From Lachnospiraceae bacterium (lineage in GTDB: Bacteria; Bacillota; Clostridia; Lachnospirales; Lachnospiraceae), in contig JAFZOS010000042.1 in assembly GCA_017550535.1 (NCBI GenBank), positions 50,248 through 114,247 on the forward strand: 64,000 nucleotides of DNA. The letters run 5' to 3'. The first letter of the stretch is position 1. Each line of letters begins with the position of its first letter. This document shows positions 20,353 through 29,893 of the stretch, piece after piece. Below the pieces are notes generated by a model. That model had not been told where the DNA came from. It saw nothing but the letters and a program-made list of their open reading frames with translations, and ran no database searches. Position numbers and translations under genes: made by a program.

Positions 20353-21671
20353 TGGAATTACTTGAATACTTTAGCGAACAGAATAAAGGCAAGGATTCGC
20401 CCCTTGCGGCACGTCTGCGTCCCACAACCCTGGATGAGGTGGTGGGACAGCAGCATATTATCGGCAAGGATAAGCTTTTATACCGCGCCATAAAAGCGGA
20501 CAAGTTAAGCTCGATGATCTTTTACGGACCGCCGGGTACCGGAAAGACCACTATAGCCAAGGTCATCGCAAATACCACGGGTGCGGAATTTACTCAGCTT
20601 AACGCAACGGTCGCGGGCAAGAAGGACATGGAGGAGGTAACGGCGAAGGCTAAAGAGATCCGTGCCATGTACGATAAAAAGACCATATTGTTCATCGATG
20701 AGATCCACCGTTTTAACAAGGGGCAGCAGGATTATCTTCTGCCTTTCGTTGAGGACGGCACTGTCATCCTTATCGGGGCCACCACGGAGAACCCGTATTT
20801 TGAAGTCAACAGGGCCCTTCTGTCACGCTCGCTCATATACGAACTCAAAGCCCTTTCGGTTGAAGACATAAGGGAACTTATAAGACGCGCCGTTTATGAT
20901 GAAGTAAAGGGAATGGGTTCATACGGAGCCGATATAGATGATGAAGCCGCCGGCTTTCTTGCGGATATGGCAAACGGTGATGCAAGGGCTGCGCTTAACG
21001 CGGTTGAGCTTGGGATACTTACGACGGACAGGTCGGATGACGGGAAGATACATCTAACCCTTGAGGTAGTACAGGAATGCATACAGAAACGGGCAATAAA
21101 GTATGATAAGACAGGAGATAATCATTACGATACGATCTCGGCTTTCATAAAATCGATGCGGGGATCGGATCCCGATGCTGCGGTGTATTACCTTGCACGG
21201 ATGCTTGAAGCAGGAGAGGATATTAAGTTTATTGCGAGACGTATAATGATATGTGCGTCCGAAGATGTGGGTATGGCCGATCCGCAGGCATTGCAGGTAG
21301 CGGTGGCTGCATCACTGGCCGTGGAGCGGGTCGGTATGCCGGAAGCCAGGATCCTTCTTTCGCAGGCGGCGGTCTATGTGGCAACCGCACCGAAGAGTAA
21401 TGCGTCCTACCTTGCGATAAATGAAGCAATGCAGATGGTCGAGAACGGGCAGGCTTATCCGATACCGAGACACCTTCAGAATATGCATGCGGATTCCGCG
21501 GGGCAAGAGCGTGAACAGGGGTACCTGTATGCGCACGATTATCCGGGTCATTATGTTAACCAACAGTACCTGCCTTATGAACTTAACGGTAAGGAATTTT
21601 ACAAACCGACCGGAAACGGATACGAGGTTAAGATAAAAGAGCACATGAAAAAACTGAAAGGATCAAAGTAG
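20352..21671 (+). CDS. rarA: Replication-associated recombination protein A (AAA+ ATPase)
   Basis: LAARLRPTTLDEVVGQQH, Walker A GPPGTGKTT, Walker B ILFIDEIHRFNK, and a MgsA C-terminal domain (HYD.ISAFIKSMRGSDPDAA.YYLARM). TAATG overlap with the GH2 gene. Confidence 0.95.
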   Translation: MELLEYFSEQNKGKDSPLAARLRPTTLDEVVGQQHIIGKDKLLYRAIKADKLSSMIFYGPPGTGKTTIAKVIANTTGAEFTQLNATVAGKKDMEEVTAKAKEIRAMYDKKTILFIDEIHRFNKGQQDYLLPFVEDGTVILIGATTENPYFEVNRALLSRSLIYELKALSVEDIRELIRRAVYDEVKGMGSYGADIDDEAAGFLADMANGDARAALNAVELGILTTDRSDDGKIHLTLEVVQECIQKRAIKYDKTGDNHYDTISAFIKSMRGSDPDAAVYYLARMLEAGEDIKFIARRIMICASEDVGMADPQALQVAVAASLAVERVGMPEARILLSQAAVYVATAPKSNASYLAINEAMQMVENGQAYPIPRHLQNMHADSAGQEREQGYLYAHDYPGHYVNQQYLPYELNGKEFYKPTGNGYEVKIKEHMKKLKGSK

Positions 21672-22181
21672 GTTTTCCATCAGGTAAGCGTACACATCCT
21701 GATTCTTCTTGTGCCAGTTGTTGCATATTTCGGATGCGGCTTCTTCGGTCGGCATGGTGATCTTTATGCTGAGAAGGTCCGAATTGCGTTCCCTGGCGCC
21801 AAGCTCCGCTACATATTCGCCTGATGTGCTTTTGTAGTAATCGGCAGATATTGACACTTCATTGCGAAGCTGCAGTTCGTTTTCCTTAAGATAAGCATCT
21901 ATCTCTGTTTTTATGGATTCGGAAATATCGTTTTTAAGAAGGCCTATTGTTTCGAGGCCTTTTTTTGTAATGGTAAGGTGTGAGGCATTGCGCCTGAACT
22001 TCGATTCGATCATCTGATCGTCGGTAAGCTGGTTCATTACCTTCTGAAGCGTAAAATAATCCGTGTAGTCTTTTCCGAGCATAAAGTCAAACAGTTGATT
22101 CTTTGTAAGCGAATAGTCAACCTTATCAAGCATATACAGGATTATAAGTTTATATAGTGTGAGAATCTCAAGATTTTCCAT
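21663..22181 (-). CDS. DUF4364-like (PadR-like winged-helix) protein
   Basis: MENLEILTLYKLIILYMLDKVDYSLTKNQLFDFML... The ATG at 22181 has a GGGGGAG RBS; the longer track ORF (to 22262) has none. Its 3' end overlaps rarA by 9 nt (convergent). Confidence 0.65.
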   Translation of the reverse strand: MENLEILTLYKLIILYMLDKVDYSLTKNQLFDFMLGKDYTDYFTLQKVMNQLTDDQMIESKFRRNASHLTITKKGLETIGLLKNDISESIKTEIDAYLKENELQLRNEVSISADYYKSTSGEYVAELGARERNSDLLSIKITMPTEEAASEICNNWHKKNQDVYAYLMENLL

Positions 22182-22425
22182 ATATGACTCCCCCGATAAA
22201 TGTTCATTACACTCCAAAACAAGTTTATACATTTTTATTCTATAAATCAATAAAAAAATCAATATTGCCCTTGACAGGCCGTTTACTGCTATGTTACGAT
22301 AACATCGTTATATAACACAGATGCATAACCATGATACATAACGGGGATATTCATGTCATGCATCGCAGGGAAAATGGGGGATTCCGTAGGATTGAGGGTG
22401 TCCTGCGGATTGATAAGGGGAACAT

Positions 22426-22983
22426 ATGCCACCAAAAGAGAAGGTTTCCAGGGTCATGGTGCTTAATGCGGCATTTGAGATGACCAGGGAGATTGGTTTT
22501 GAAAATGTTACCGCAAGAAAGCTTGCACAGCGGTTAAACAGTTCGACACAGCCCATCTTTCGCGCATATGAGAACATGGAAATGCTCAAGGAAGATCTTT
22601 TTTACAAGAGCGCTGAAATGTTTTCGGACTATATGCTTAAGAGCAGGACTAAGGGTAAGCCTGTATATCTTACGATGGGAATGGCATACATCGAACTCGC
22701 AATGAAGGAGAAATACCTTTTTAAGCTGATTGCGGATATTGAGGAGTATGACACCTCCGACATCCATGAGTTTCTGCAGCAGGGGGACTGTAATGAGCTG
22801 CTTGAGAAACTTCCGGGCAGCGAGAAGTTGAGCGCCGAACGGAAAAAGGAAGTATTCCGCATGGTATGGATGTTCACTCACGGTGTTGCGACACTTGTCA
22901 CAGGCAAGCGTGTTGACATGGAAAAAAGTGAGATCGAGGAGATGTTAAAGAAAGCATACGAAGGGTTTCTTAAAGTCATTTAG
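22426..22983 (+). CDS. TetR/AcrR-family transcriptional regulator
   Basis: 185 aa. N-terminal HTH (VMVLNAAFEMTREIGFENVTARKLAQRLNSSTQPIFRAY). AAGGGGAA RBS. Confidence 0.85.
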   Translation: MPPKEKVSRVMVLNAAFEMTREIGFENVTARKLAQRLNSSTQPIFRAYENMEMLKEDLFYKSAEMFSDYMLKSRTKGKPVYLTMGMAYIELAMKEKYLFKLIADIEEYDTSDIHEFLQQGDCNELLEKLPGSEKLSAERKKEVFRMVWMFTHGVATLVTGKRVDMEKSEIEEMLKKAYEGFLKVI

Positions 22984-22998
22984 TAAGGGGTTACATTG

Positions 22999-23202
22999 AT
23001 GACATCACGAATGTTTATGAAGCTCGGCGAGATCAGCGGTATTATACTTACTGCATCTTTGCTGAGGAATATGGTGAACGCAAGCACGTTCATGATAGCT
23101 GTAAGTGTGATATCAGGCATTTTATTCGTGGGCTCGGTCCTTGCAATACAACTGCAGAGGTATGAAAAGGAACTCGAAGAACGCGGATATCAGATACAAT
23201 AA
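22999..23202 (+). CDS. Small two-TM membrane protein, function unknown
   Basis: 67 aa with two hydrophobic segments and a charged tail (YEKELEERGYQIQ). AAGGGG RBS 8 nt upstream of the ATG at 22999. Confidence 0.45.
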   Translation: MTSRMFMKLGEISGIILTASLLRNMVNASTFMIAVSVISGILFVGSVLAIQLQRYEKELEERGYQIQ

Positions 23203-23254
23203 AGCCTTCTAAGGGTGAGGGGAACCTTTTGAAGGTGACAGGACCAGGATGACG

Positions 23255-23285
23255 GGAAGCAGATGTATGGGGCATCTGCTTTTCC
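23255..23285 (+). terminator. Possible weak intrinsic terminator/attenuator
   Basis: AAGCAGATG-tatgggg-CATCTGCTT is a 9-bp stem followed by TTTCC, located between the small membrane gene and the VWA gene. Confidence 0.35.
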
Positions 23286-23302
23286 TACGTCGTAAGGGGG
23301 AT

Positions 23303-24595
23303 ATGATCATTAATAAAGAGGATCAGATCAGACAAAAAGCATCACAGCTTATCCGTTTGTCTTCCGATACTGTGATCGTAAATATGCGTTTTATGGATGT
23401 CGCTTTAAGCCGTCTCACTCCGGAGCATAAAGACGGCCTGTTCGGTACCGCGACCGACGGTGAGCACTTTTTTTATGACAGTTCTTTTATACTTAAACAG
23501 TATCTTGGCGATGAGAATGCGGTCACGCGCATGCTTTTCCACTCATTGCTCCATTGTATCTTTAATCATTCCTTTAACTATGATAAATATGAAGATGAGA
23601 TTTATGATCTTTCCTGTGATATAGCAGTAGAGAACATAATAATGGAGCTTGAAGTCCCGTCATTTTCCCTTCATGATGATAACTTAAGGAAGCAGCTTCT
23701 GCGGGGGCTTAATAAGGAGGTTAAGTCGCTCACTGCTGGTAATCTTTACAGATATTTTCTTGTAAACCCGCTCTCGAAAATCGATAAGCTAAAGATGACG
23801 GAATTATTTGCGCAGGACAGACACATCTACTGGCGGAAAGCTGATGACTATGAAATATCCGAGGCTGCATGGAAGAAGATAAGCGAGCGTATAAAAACTG
23901 ACCTGGGTACGTTTTCAAGGGCATCGGGCCGTTCGGAAAGCCTTATCAAAAATCTTGTTGATACAACAAAAAAGAAATACGATTATAAACGGCTTCTTGA
24001 GCAGTTTTGTGTGATGGGAGAGGAACTTACGGTAAATGACGAGGAGTTTGATTATATCTACTACACCTACGGTCTTGATCATTACGGGAACATGCCCCTT
24101 ATAGAACCTCTCGAGTTTAAGGATGAGAAGAAGGTACATGATTTTGCGATAGTCATCGACACATCCGCATCGTGCATGGGTGCGACGGTCAGGTCGTTTC
24201 TTAAGAAAACTTATGATATACTTAAGTGCAGTGAGAGCTTATCCAGAAAGATAAATGTCCACATCATTCAATGCGACAGTGAAGTGAGGTCGGATACAAA
24301 GATAACAGGTGAAAAGGAATTCGATGAGTTTATCGCAAAGGGAAAGCTGACAGGGTATGGCGGTACCGATTTCAGGCCGGCATTTGATCATATTGATTCT
24401 CAGATAGCGGAAGGTGAATATGAGAATTTCAAGGGGCTTATCTATTTTACGGACGGCTATGGGATTTACCCCGGTAAGGCCCCGGATTACGACTGTATGT
24501 TTGTGTTCGTAAAACGCGATGAATTAAAACCCGAAGTTCCCTGGTGGGGTATAAGGGTTGAACTTAATGAGGATGATATAATCAGGGAAGCGTAA
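23303..24595 (+). CDS. DUF2201-type (metallopeptidase-like) + von Willebrand factor A domain protein
   Basis: The N-terminal domain has HSLLHCIFNH in place of HExxH. The C-terminal VWA domain has an intact MIDAS motif DTSAS (AIVIDTSASCMG). I chose the ATG at 23303 (AAGGGGGA). Confidence 0.78.
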   Translation: MIINKEDQIRQKASQLIRLSSDTVIVNMRFMDVALSRLTPEHKDGLFGTATDGEHFFYDSSFILKQYLGDENAVTRMLFHSLLHCIFNHSFNYDKYEDEIYDLSCDIAVENIIMELEVPSFSLHDDNLRKQLLRGLNKEVKSLTAGNLYRYFLVNPLSKIDKLKMTELFAQDRHIYWRKADDYEISEAAWKKISERIKTDLGTFSRASGRSESLIKNLVDTTKKKYDYKRLLEQFCVMGEELTVNDEEFDYIYYTYGLDHYGNMPLIEPLEFKDEKKVHDFAIVIDTSASCMGATVRSFLKKTYDILKCSESLSRKINVHIIQCDSEVRSDTKITGEKEFDEFIAKGKLTGYGGTDFRPAFDHIDSQIAEGEYENFKGLIYFTDGYGIYPGKAPDYDCMFVFVKRDELKPEVPWWGIRVELNEDDIIREA

Positions 24596-24625
24596 AGCGG
24601 ATAAGGATCTTAAAGGAGGCATTTC

Positions 24626-26116
24626 GTGAACATAGGACAGGCTAAGGAATATATAAAACAGACGGTACGTCTGTACCTTACGAAAGGCGAATTTGATGAG
24701 TATGTGATACCGGTTGAGCGCCAGAGGCCGATATTTCTGCTTGGTGCGCCCGGTGTCGGAAAGACCGCGGTCATGGAACAGATAGCGCAGGAACTCGGGA
24801 TAGCACTGGTGTCCTATTCCATGACGCATCATACGAGGCAGTCGGCGATCGGACTTCCTTTTATAAAACATGAGGAGTATGAGGGCTATGAATATGACGT
24901 TACCGAGTATACAATGAGTGAGATCATAGCCAGTGTATATGAAACGATGCGGGATACCGGAATAAAGGAGGGTATACTGTTTCTTGATGAGATAAACTGC
25001 GTTTCGGAAACACTTGCGCCGTCGATGCTGCAGTTCCTTCAGTATAAGGTGTTCGGCAGGCATCAGGTTCCGGAAGGCTGGGTCATAGTAACGGCCGGCA
25101 ATCCGCCTGAGTTTAACAGAGCGGTAAGGGAATTCGATGTGGCCGTAATGGACAGGCTGAAGGTGATGAACGTTGAGGCGGACTACAGGGTGTTTAAGGA
25201 GTATGCTCTGGAGAAGGGGCTGCATCCTGCGATAATAAGCTTTCTTGATCTTAAGAAGGAATATTTTTATCTTATCGAAAATACAGTGAATGGGCGCTCG
25301 TATGTTACAGCACGCGGTTGGGAGGATCTGTCCGAGATATTGAAGCTGTATGAGAAAGCGGGGCTGCCCGCCGATGATACACTGATAGATCAGTATTTGC
25401 GAAATGAGGCGGTAGTTAAGGAATTTGCGGCTTATTACGAACTGTACAATAAATATAAGAGGGATTACCATATTGAAGACATACTTAAGGGAGAAGTCAG
25501 AGATGAGGTTGTTAAGAGGGCTTCGTCAGCAGGATTTGACGAACGCCTTTCCCTCCTGTCGATGCTTATGGACAGGGTAATAGCAGATGTCAGGACGGCC
25601 CTTAATGATGCCGATTATCTGGTGGCGCTTAATCCTGTACTTAAACAGTTAAATGGGAATGCTGATATCGATCCGCTAAAGGAGGTGCTTAACTTTATCG
25701 AAAAGCTCCGTAATGACCTTAAGGCTCTGAAACGGGCATCTGCCCTGTCTAAGGAGGATGAACGGATAAAACGGTCAAGTATCAGGTTCCTTGAAAGATC
25801 TTATAAAGAAGCACTTAAATCCGATACGCCTTTTGAAACGATAAAGTCCGGATACAATTCGGAAATAGCTGGCGTTAAAAAACGCAGTGAAGAAATTCGG
25901 GGTGAAATGGAAAATCTGTTTGATTTCGCAGCGAGGGCTTATAAGGACGGAAATGAAATGCTTATACTTACAACGGAAATGACCGTTAATTCATATACAT
26001 CAAGATTCATATCCCGCTATGGATGTGATGCGTATTTTAAGTATAAAGATGAGATGATGCTTGAGGCTCGTAATGAATCCTTAAAGGATGAGATCGCAGG
26101 GCTTCTTGAACTGTAG
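24626..26116 (+). CDS. MoxR/AAA_5-type AAA+ ATPase with long helical C-terminal domain
   Basis: GTG start after GGAGG. Walker A GAPGVGKTA, Walker B ILFLDEINC, sensor region TAGNPPEFN. It is the typical partner of the preceding VWA protein. Confidence 0.85.
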   Translation: MNIGQAKEYIKQTVRLYLTKGEFDEYVIPVERQRPIFLLGAPGVGKTAVMEQIAQELGIALVSYSMTHHTRQSAIGLPFIKHEEYEGYEYDVTEYTMSEIIASVYETMRDTGIKEGILFLDEINCVSETLAPSMLQFLQYKVFGRHQVPEGWVIVTAGNPPEFNRAVREFDVAVMDRLKVMNVEADYRVFKEYALEKGLHPAIISFLDLKKEYFYLIENTVNGRSYVTARGWEDLSEILKLYEKAGLPADDTLIDQYLRNEAVVKEFAAYYELYNKYKRDYHIEDILKGEVRDEVVKRASSAGFDERLSLLSMLMDRVIADVRTALNDADYLVALNPVLKQLNGNADIDPLKEVLNFIEKLRNDLKALKRASALSKEDERIKRSSIRFLERSYKEALKSDTPFETIKSGYNSEIAGVKKRSEEIRGEMENLFDFAARAYKDGNEMLILTTEMTVNSYTSRFISRYGCDAYFKYKDEMMLEARNESLKDEIAGLLEL

Positions 26117-26129
26117 AAAGGTAACCTGA

Positions 26130-28298
26130 ATGAAGATCGTGAGGCGCTGTTTGGCCATTTTCATATTTCTGACTATTGTTAGTGCTTTTTTGGTCATTAA
26201 GTTTTGGGGCGACAGATCATTCGTGATTTTGCCGGGTGACCTTTCGTACCACGAAGATACGATGCTTGCCTACACCCCCGGAATGCTTTTGAACAAAGGC
26301 GTGTACAAGGCAAGGATATCATATTCGTCTGATGCGGATGTTTCGATGAACGTTTACGGAACTTCGAATGACAGTTATTCGTTTACGCTTGCCGCATCAT
26401 TGGAAGAAAGCGTTTATGAAACGGAATTTGAACTGGGCAAGGATGCCCAGGGTGCAAAACTGCGATTTGAGGTTCCGCAGGGAGCGAGCCTTCATATTTC
26501 GTCAATTGAGATGATAAGGCACGGACTTATCAACCGTGATCCTCTTCTGTTAGCCGTGTTAATAGCGGTGTTACTGACTCTTGCATATTATTTCTTTGCC
26601 GAGAAGGTTTATAAGAAGATCAGCCGCGAACAGGCTGTGGCATATGCGGCAATGGCTGTGGCGGTACTCCTTGCTTTTGCGCCTCATATGACAGGGAAGT
26701 TATATGACGGAAATGATCTGGGAGGCCAGCTTATCAGGATCGAAGGGGTCAAGGACGGTATTATTGACAGACAGTTTCCCGTTGTATTGTTTCCGAGGAC
26801 ACTTGGTGAGTACGGTGAACTTGGAGCCATGTACCCTTATCTGTTTCTTGTGATCCCTGCTATACTGAGGGTGCTTCATGTTTCGGTTCTGACTGTTTAT
26901 AACATCACTGTTTTGAGCATATGTATCTTTACGGTTCTTGTTATGTATTATTGTATGAGGACGCTTGGCATATCAAAAATCATATCAGGCCTTACCGCAT
27001 CCTTATATCTTTTATCGCCCGGGTTTATACACGGAGAGACAGTTAACGGAGCTGTTTTGGGTTTTGGTTTTGCGTACATATTCATTCCTCTTGTATTTGT
27101 CGGGTTTTATCATGTGCTTATGGGAGGCAGGAATAAATGGGTGATGCTCACGATCGGATTTACGGGTATGTTGCAGAGTCACCTGGTCACCACACTTCAC
27201 ATGATAGTGGTTTCGGTTTTTTATCTTATCATTTTAACGATGGTACAGTTGTACAGAAAGAAGCTGAAGATCACCGTTTTTGCTGACATAGTGAAGGCGG
27301 GTATATGGTGTATCCTCCTTAATATCTGGTGGATCGCTTTATTCGTGTATTACTATATTAACGGGAACCTTTACATGGGGGCGCTGGGGGACGGATTCAA
27401 TTCGGGCCTTGGATTAGAGAAGTTTTTTATGCTCGAAGCAACATGGTACAGTCTGGCAGTTTTGACCGCCGCCGTTATTGCTGCCGTTATAATGTTCAAA
27501 CGCAGGGAACACCATGATGATCTTCTGCCGTGGACCCTGTTCTTCATCGGTGGTGTGACTCTTTTTGCCTGTACCGGTCTCTTTCCGTGGAAGCAGCTTT
27601 CCTGTATACCACCTGTAAAGTTTTTTATCAATACCATGCAGATGACTACCCGTTTCTATGTGGTAATAGGTGCGGCATTTACGATCATGGCCGGGATTAT
27701 GTGGGACAGGATAGTTAAAGAGTCAAAGGGAAATAAGGCTGTTTATTTGCTGAGTATACCTTTGGTGATCGCAATTTCGTTTTTGTGTAATTTCGGATGT
27801 ATGAGGGAATATTTTAAGGATGATAACCTTTTCTGTACAAGGTTTATAGGTGATCTCTCCCCGTTTAAGCAAAGGGAATATCTTCCTGACGGAACTGACG
27901 ACGATTACTATGAGGGAAAGCATAGTCCGGTAGTATCGGATGAAGAGAATATCCGGATAGAGGATTATTATAAAAGGGGAGACAGGTCCCATTTCATTTA
28001 TTACATCGACGGAGAGACTGATAAAGCATATATCGAACTGCCGATGTTTTATTATCCCGGCTATGATGTAAGGCTTGATGATGGCACTGAACTTATCGCC
28101 GAGACGGGAGACCTTAATCATATGCGTATATATCTGTCTGATGAGGGATCGGGGCAGAAGGTGAATGTCAGGTTCAGGGTTTTGCCTGTCTGGAGCATCC
28201 TGACACTGGTATCTGTCATTTCGTATTTTATTTTTCTGTATTTTGAGTTATATAAAAAATCTGCTGAAAAGGTGTTGCATGTAAATGACACAGTATGA
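26130..28298 (+). CDS. Large multi-pass membrane protein, GT-C/YfhO-like (paralogue of 343..2547)
   Basis: 722 aa with the same architecture and shared motifs as 343..2547. Confidence 0.5.
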   Translation: MKIVRRCLAIFIFLTIVSAFLVIKFWGDRSFVILPGDLSYHEDTMLAYTPGMLLNKGVYKARISYSSDADVSMNVYGTSNDSYSFTLAASLEESVYETEFELGKDAQGAKLRFEVPQGASLHISSIEMIRHGLINRDPLLLAVLIAVLLTLAYYFFAEKVYKKISREQAVAYAAMAVAVLLAFAPHMTGKLYDGNDLGGQLIRIEGVKDGIIDRQFPVVLFPRTLGEYGELGAMYPYLFLVIPAILRVLHVSVLTVYNITVLSICIFTVLVMYYCMRTLGISKIISGLTASLYLLSPGFIHGETVNGAVLGFGFAYIFIPLVFVGFYHVLMGGRNKWVMLTIGFTGMLQSHLVTTLHMIVVSVFYLIILTMVQLYRKKLKITVFADIVKAGIWCILLNIWWIALFVYYYINGNLYMGALGDGFNSGLGLEKFFMLEATWYSLAVLTAAVIAAVIMFKRREHHDDLLPWTLFFIGGVTLFACTGLFPWKQLSCIPPVKFFINTMQMTTRFYVVIGAAFTIMAGIMWDRIVKESKGNKAVYLLSIPLVIAISFLCNFGCMREYFKDDNLFCTRFIGDLSPFKQREYLPDGTDDDYYEGKHSPVVSDEENIRIEDYYKRGDRSHFIYYIDGETDKAYIELPMFYYPGYDVRLDDGTELIAETGDLNHMRIYLSDEGSGQKVNVRFRVLPVWSILTLVSVISYFIFLYFELYKKSAEKVLHVNDTV

Positions 28299-29193
28299 TG
28301 ATGCTCTTGGCATATATTATGAAATAAGGGGCGTTGACAAAGATAAATATGCCGTTATAACCGATGCCGATAAGAAGCTTGGTGAGATAAACATTCCCCG
28401 GGCTATAGACGGTTATGAAGTGCGCAAGGTAGGAAGGAAGGCTTTCTTAAGCTGTAAGGGCCTAAGGAGAGTCGCACTTCCTGCAGGTATTGAGTCGATA
28501 GGAGAGTGGGCTTTTGCCTTCTGCGATGACCTTGTAAGGGTTGAGCTTGTACGCGGGAAAATAAACCTTGGCAAGGGTGTGTTTAAAAATGATAAAAAGT
28601 TAAGGGAAATTATTGTGACCGATCCTGACGGTACCTTGGCTGATGCGGATAAGGATGCTGCGATCGCATGCCTGCTTGCTGCAGCTCCGGTTATCATGGA
28701 TGCGGAGTACCTGCTTGACATTGAAAATGCAGGAAGTAATGAATGGCTTGATAAATGGGATACGAAACTTGAACATATCCTGGGGCTTAAGGATGATGAA
28801 GGATACCACCTGTATGTGCTGTGCGGGGAAGAGGATCTGCATTTTGATTATGAGGAATATCTTGAGTATAACCGGGAGAAAAAATCGGAGCTGTGTATGC
28901 TTAGGCTCGTAAATGATCCGGCACTAAAAGATGAGGATAAAAAACGCCTTGCCCTTTATTTGAACGATCATACGATAGGATGCGTATCCGAAGCTGCACT
29001 CAGGGTCCTGCTTGACAGACACGGCGATGAAAGGGAATACTATCGGCTCATGCTTGATATAGGAGTGATAAATGATTCAAACCTTGAGGCTGTCCTTAAT
29101 ATGATGGGTGACAGACATGCACAGATGAAGGCCTATCTTATGGAGCATTGCGTAACTGCAAAACCCGATTATTTTGATGAGCTGATGCTATGA
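28285..29193 (+). CDS. Leucine-rich-repeat (BspA-type) domain protein
   Basis: It has the 'I..IG..AF..C..L..V.LP' LRR_5-like pattern (VRKVGRKAFLSCKGLRRVALPAGIESIGEWAFAFCDDLVRVEL). 14-nt overlap with the upstream gene. Confidence 0.68.
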   Translation: MTQYDDALGIYYEIRGVDKDKYAVITDADKKLGEINIPRAIDGYEVRKVGRKAFLSCKGLRRVALPAGIESIGEWAFAFCDDLVRVELVRGKINLGKGVFKNDKKLREIIVTDPDGTLADADKDAAIACLLAAAPVIMDAEYLLDIENAGSNEWLDKWDTKLEHILGLKDDEGYHLYVLCGEEDLHFDYEEYLEYNREKKSELCMLRLVNDPALKDEDKKRLALYLNDHTIGCVSEAALRVLLDRHGDEREYYRLMLDIGVINDSNLEAVLNMMGDRHAQMKAYLMEHCVTAKPDYFDELML

Positions 29194-29217
29194 TCGGAAG
29201 CCGTCTCTTTTATATGA

Positions 29218-29254
29218 AACAAGCCGTGATACGATGAATGTATCACGGCTTGTT
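29218..29254. terminator. Bidirectional intrinsic terminator
   Basis: AACAAGCCGTGATAC-gatgaat-GTATCACGGCTTGTT is a perfect 15-bp stem followed by TTCATTTT. It lies between the convergent LRR and carD-family genes. Confidence 0.75.
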
Positions 29255-29255
29255 T

Positions 29256-29774
29256 TCATTTTGCGGCCTTCTTTTCCCTGGCAATCGTTCTGTTGATGTA
29301 ATCGCTTACTTCGCCCTTATCAATTCCAAGAGCAAATGCCAGTTCCTCATACAGTTGATTCTCGGCCTGTTTGAAGTACCGTTCGTCCACTACGGTTACT
29401 TTTTTTCCGGCATCGATCCGCGACTTTTTGCGCTTGAAAAGTGTTTTGATGATCTTGATGAGTTCCTCACAGTCGCAGGTCCGCAGTGCGCTTTTGTATT
29501 GTGTTTCGCGCTCCTGTTCGTTGACTATCCATGCATAATCGATATCCGGGATTTTTTTGATGAGCTTTTCAGCTTCATTTTTGGATATGACCGGGCGCAT
29601 CACTGCACTGACGTTATCTACCGGTACATATACGGCGGCATCCTTATGATAGAAAGGACGCAGAGTGTAATACATCTTTCTTTTATCGACCATCGACATG
29701 GATAATGTGCCGATGTTGACCACCTCACATACTCCCTGGTTGCCGTAAACAACCATGTCATTCACATTGTACAT
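29256..29774 (-). CDS. CarD/CdnL-family transcriptional regulator
   Basis: MYNVNDMVVYGNQGVCEVVNIG... is an N-terminal RNAP-interacting Tudor-like domain. 172 aa. Confidence 0.82.
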   Translation of the reverse strand: MYNVNDMVVYGNQGVCEVVNIGTLSMSMVDKRKMYYTLRPFYHKDAAVYVPVDNVSAVMRPVISKNEAEKLIKKIPDIDYAWIVNEQERETQYKSALRTCDCEELIKIIKTLFKRKKSRIDAGKKVTVVDERYFKQAENQLYEELAFALGIDKGEVSDYINRTIAREKKAAK

Positions 29775-29893
29775 AGCTCACACTCCTAAACAAAAAAACG
29801 AAGGTTAACAAATGTACTTACACTCCCGATATTTATATATTAACACCTTTAGGTGCGATTTTTCCAATGTTTTTTTAAAAAATCATCGAAAAT

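Noticed and set aside
22379-22405. 9-bp hairpin (TCCGTAGGA/TCCTGCGGA) and a possible 37-codon uORF (ATG 22354) ahead of the second TetR gene
   Set aside because: No U-tract follows the hairpin. The uORF overlaps the TetR start in another frame and has no distinguishing features. The evidence is insufficient to call either.
24524-25471. 315-aa ORF on the minus strand
   Set aside because: It is entirely antisense to the well-supported MoxR-type AAA+ gene. It has no RBS and an Ile/Leu/Arg/Tyr-rich composition typical of a shadow ORF.
29238-29705. 155-aa + strand ORF
   Set aside because: It is antisense to the CarD-family gene and begins inside the bidirectional terminator. It has no RBS.
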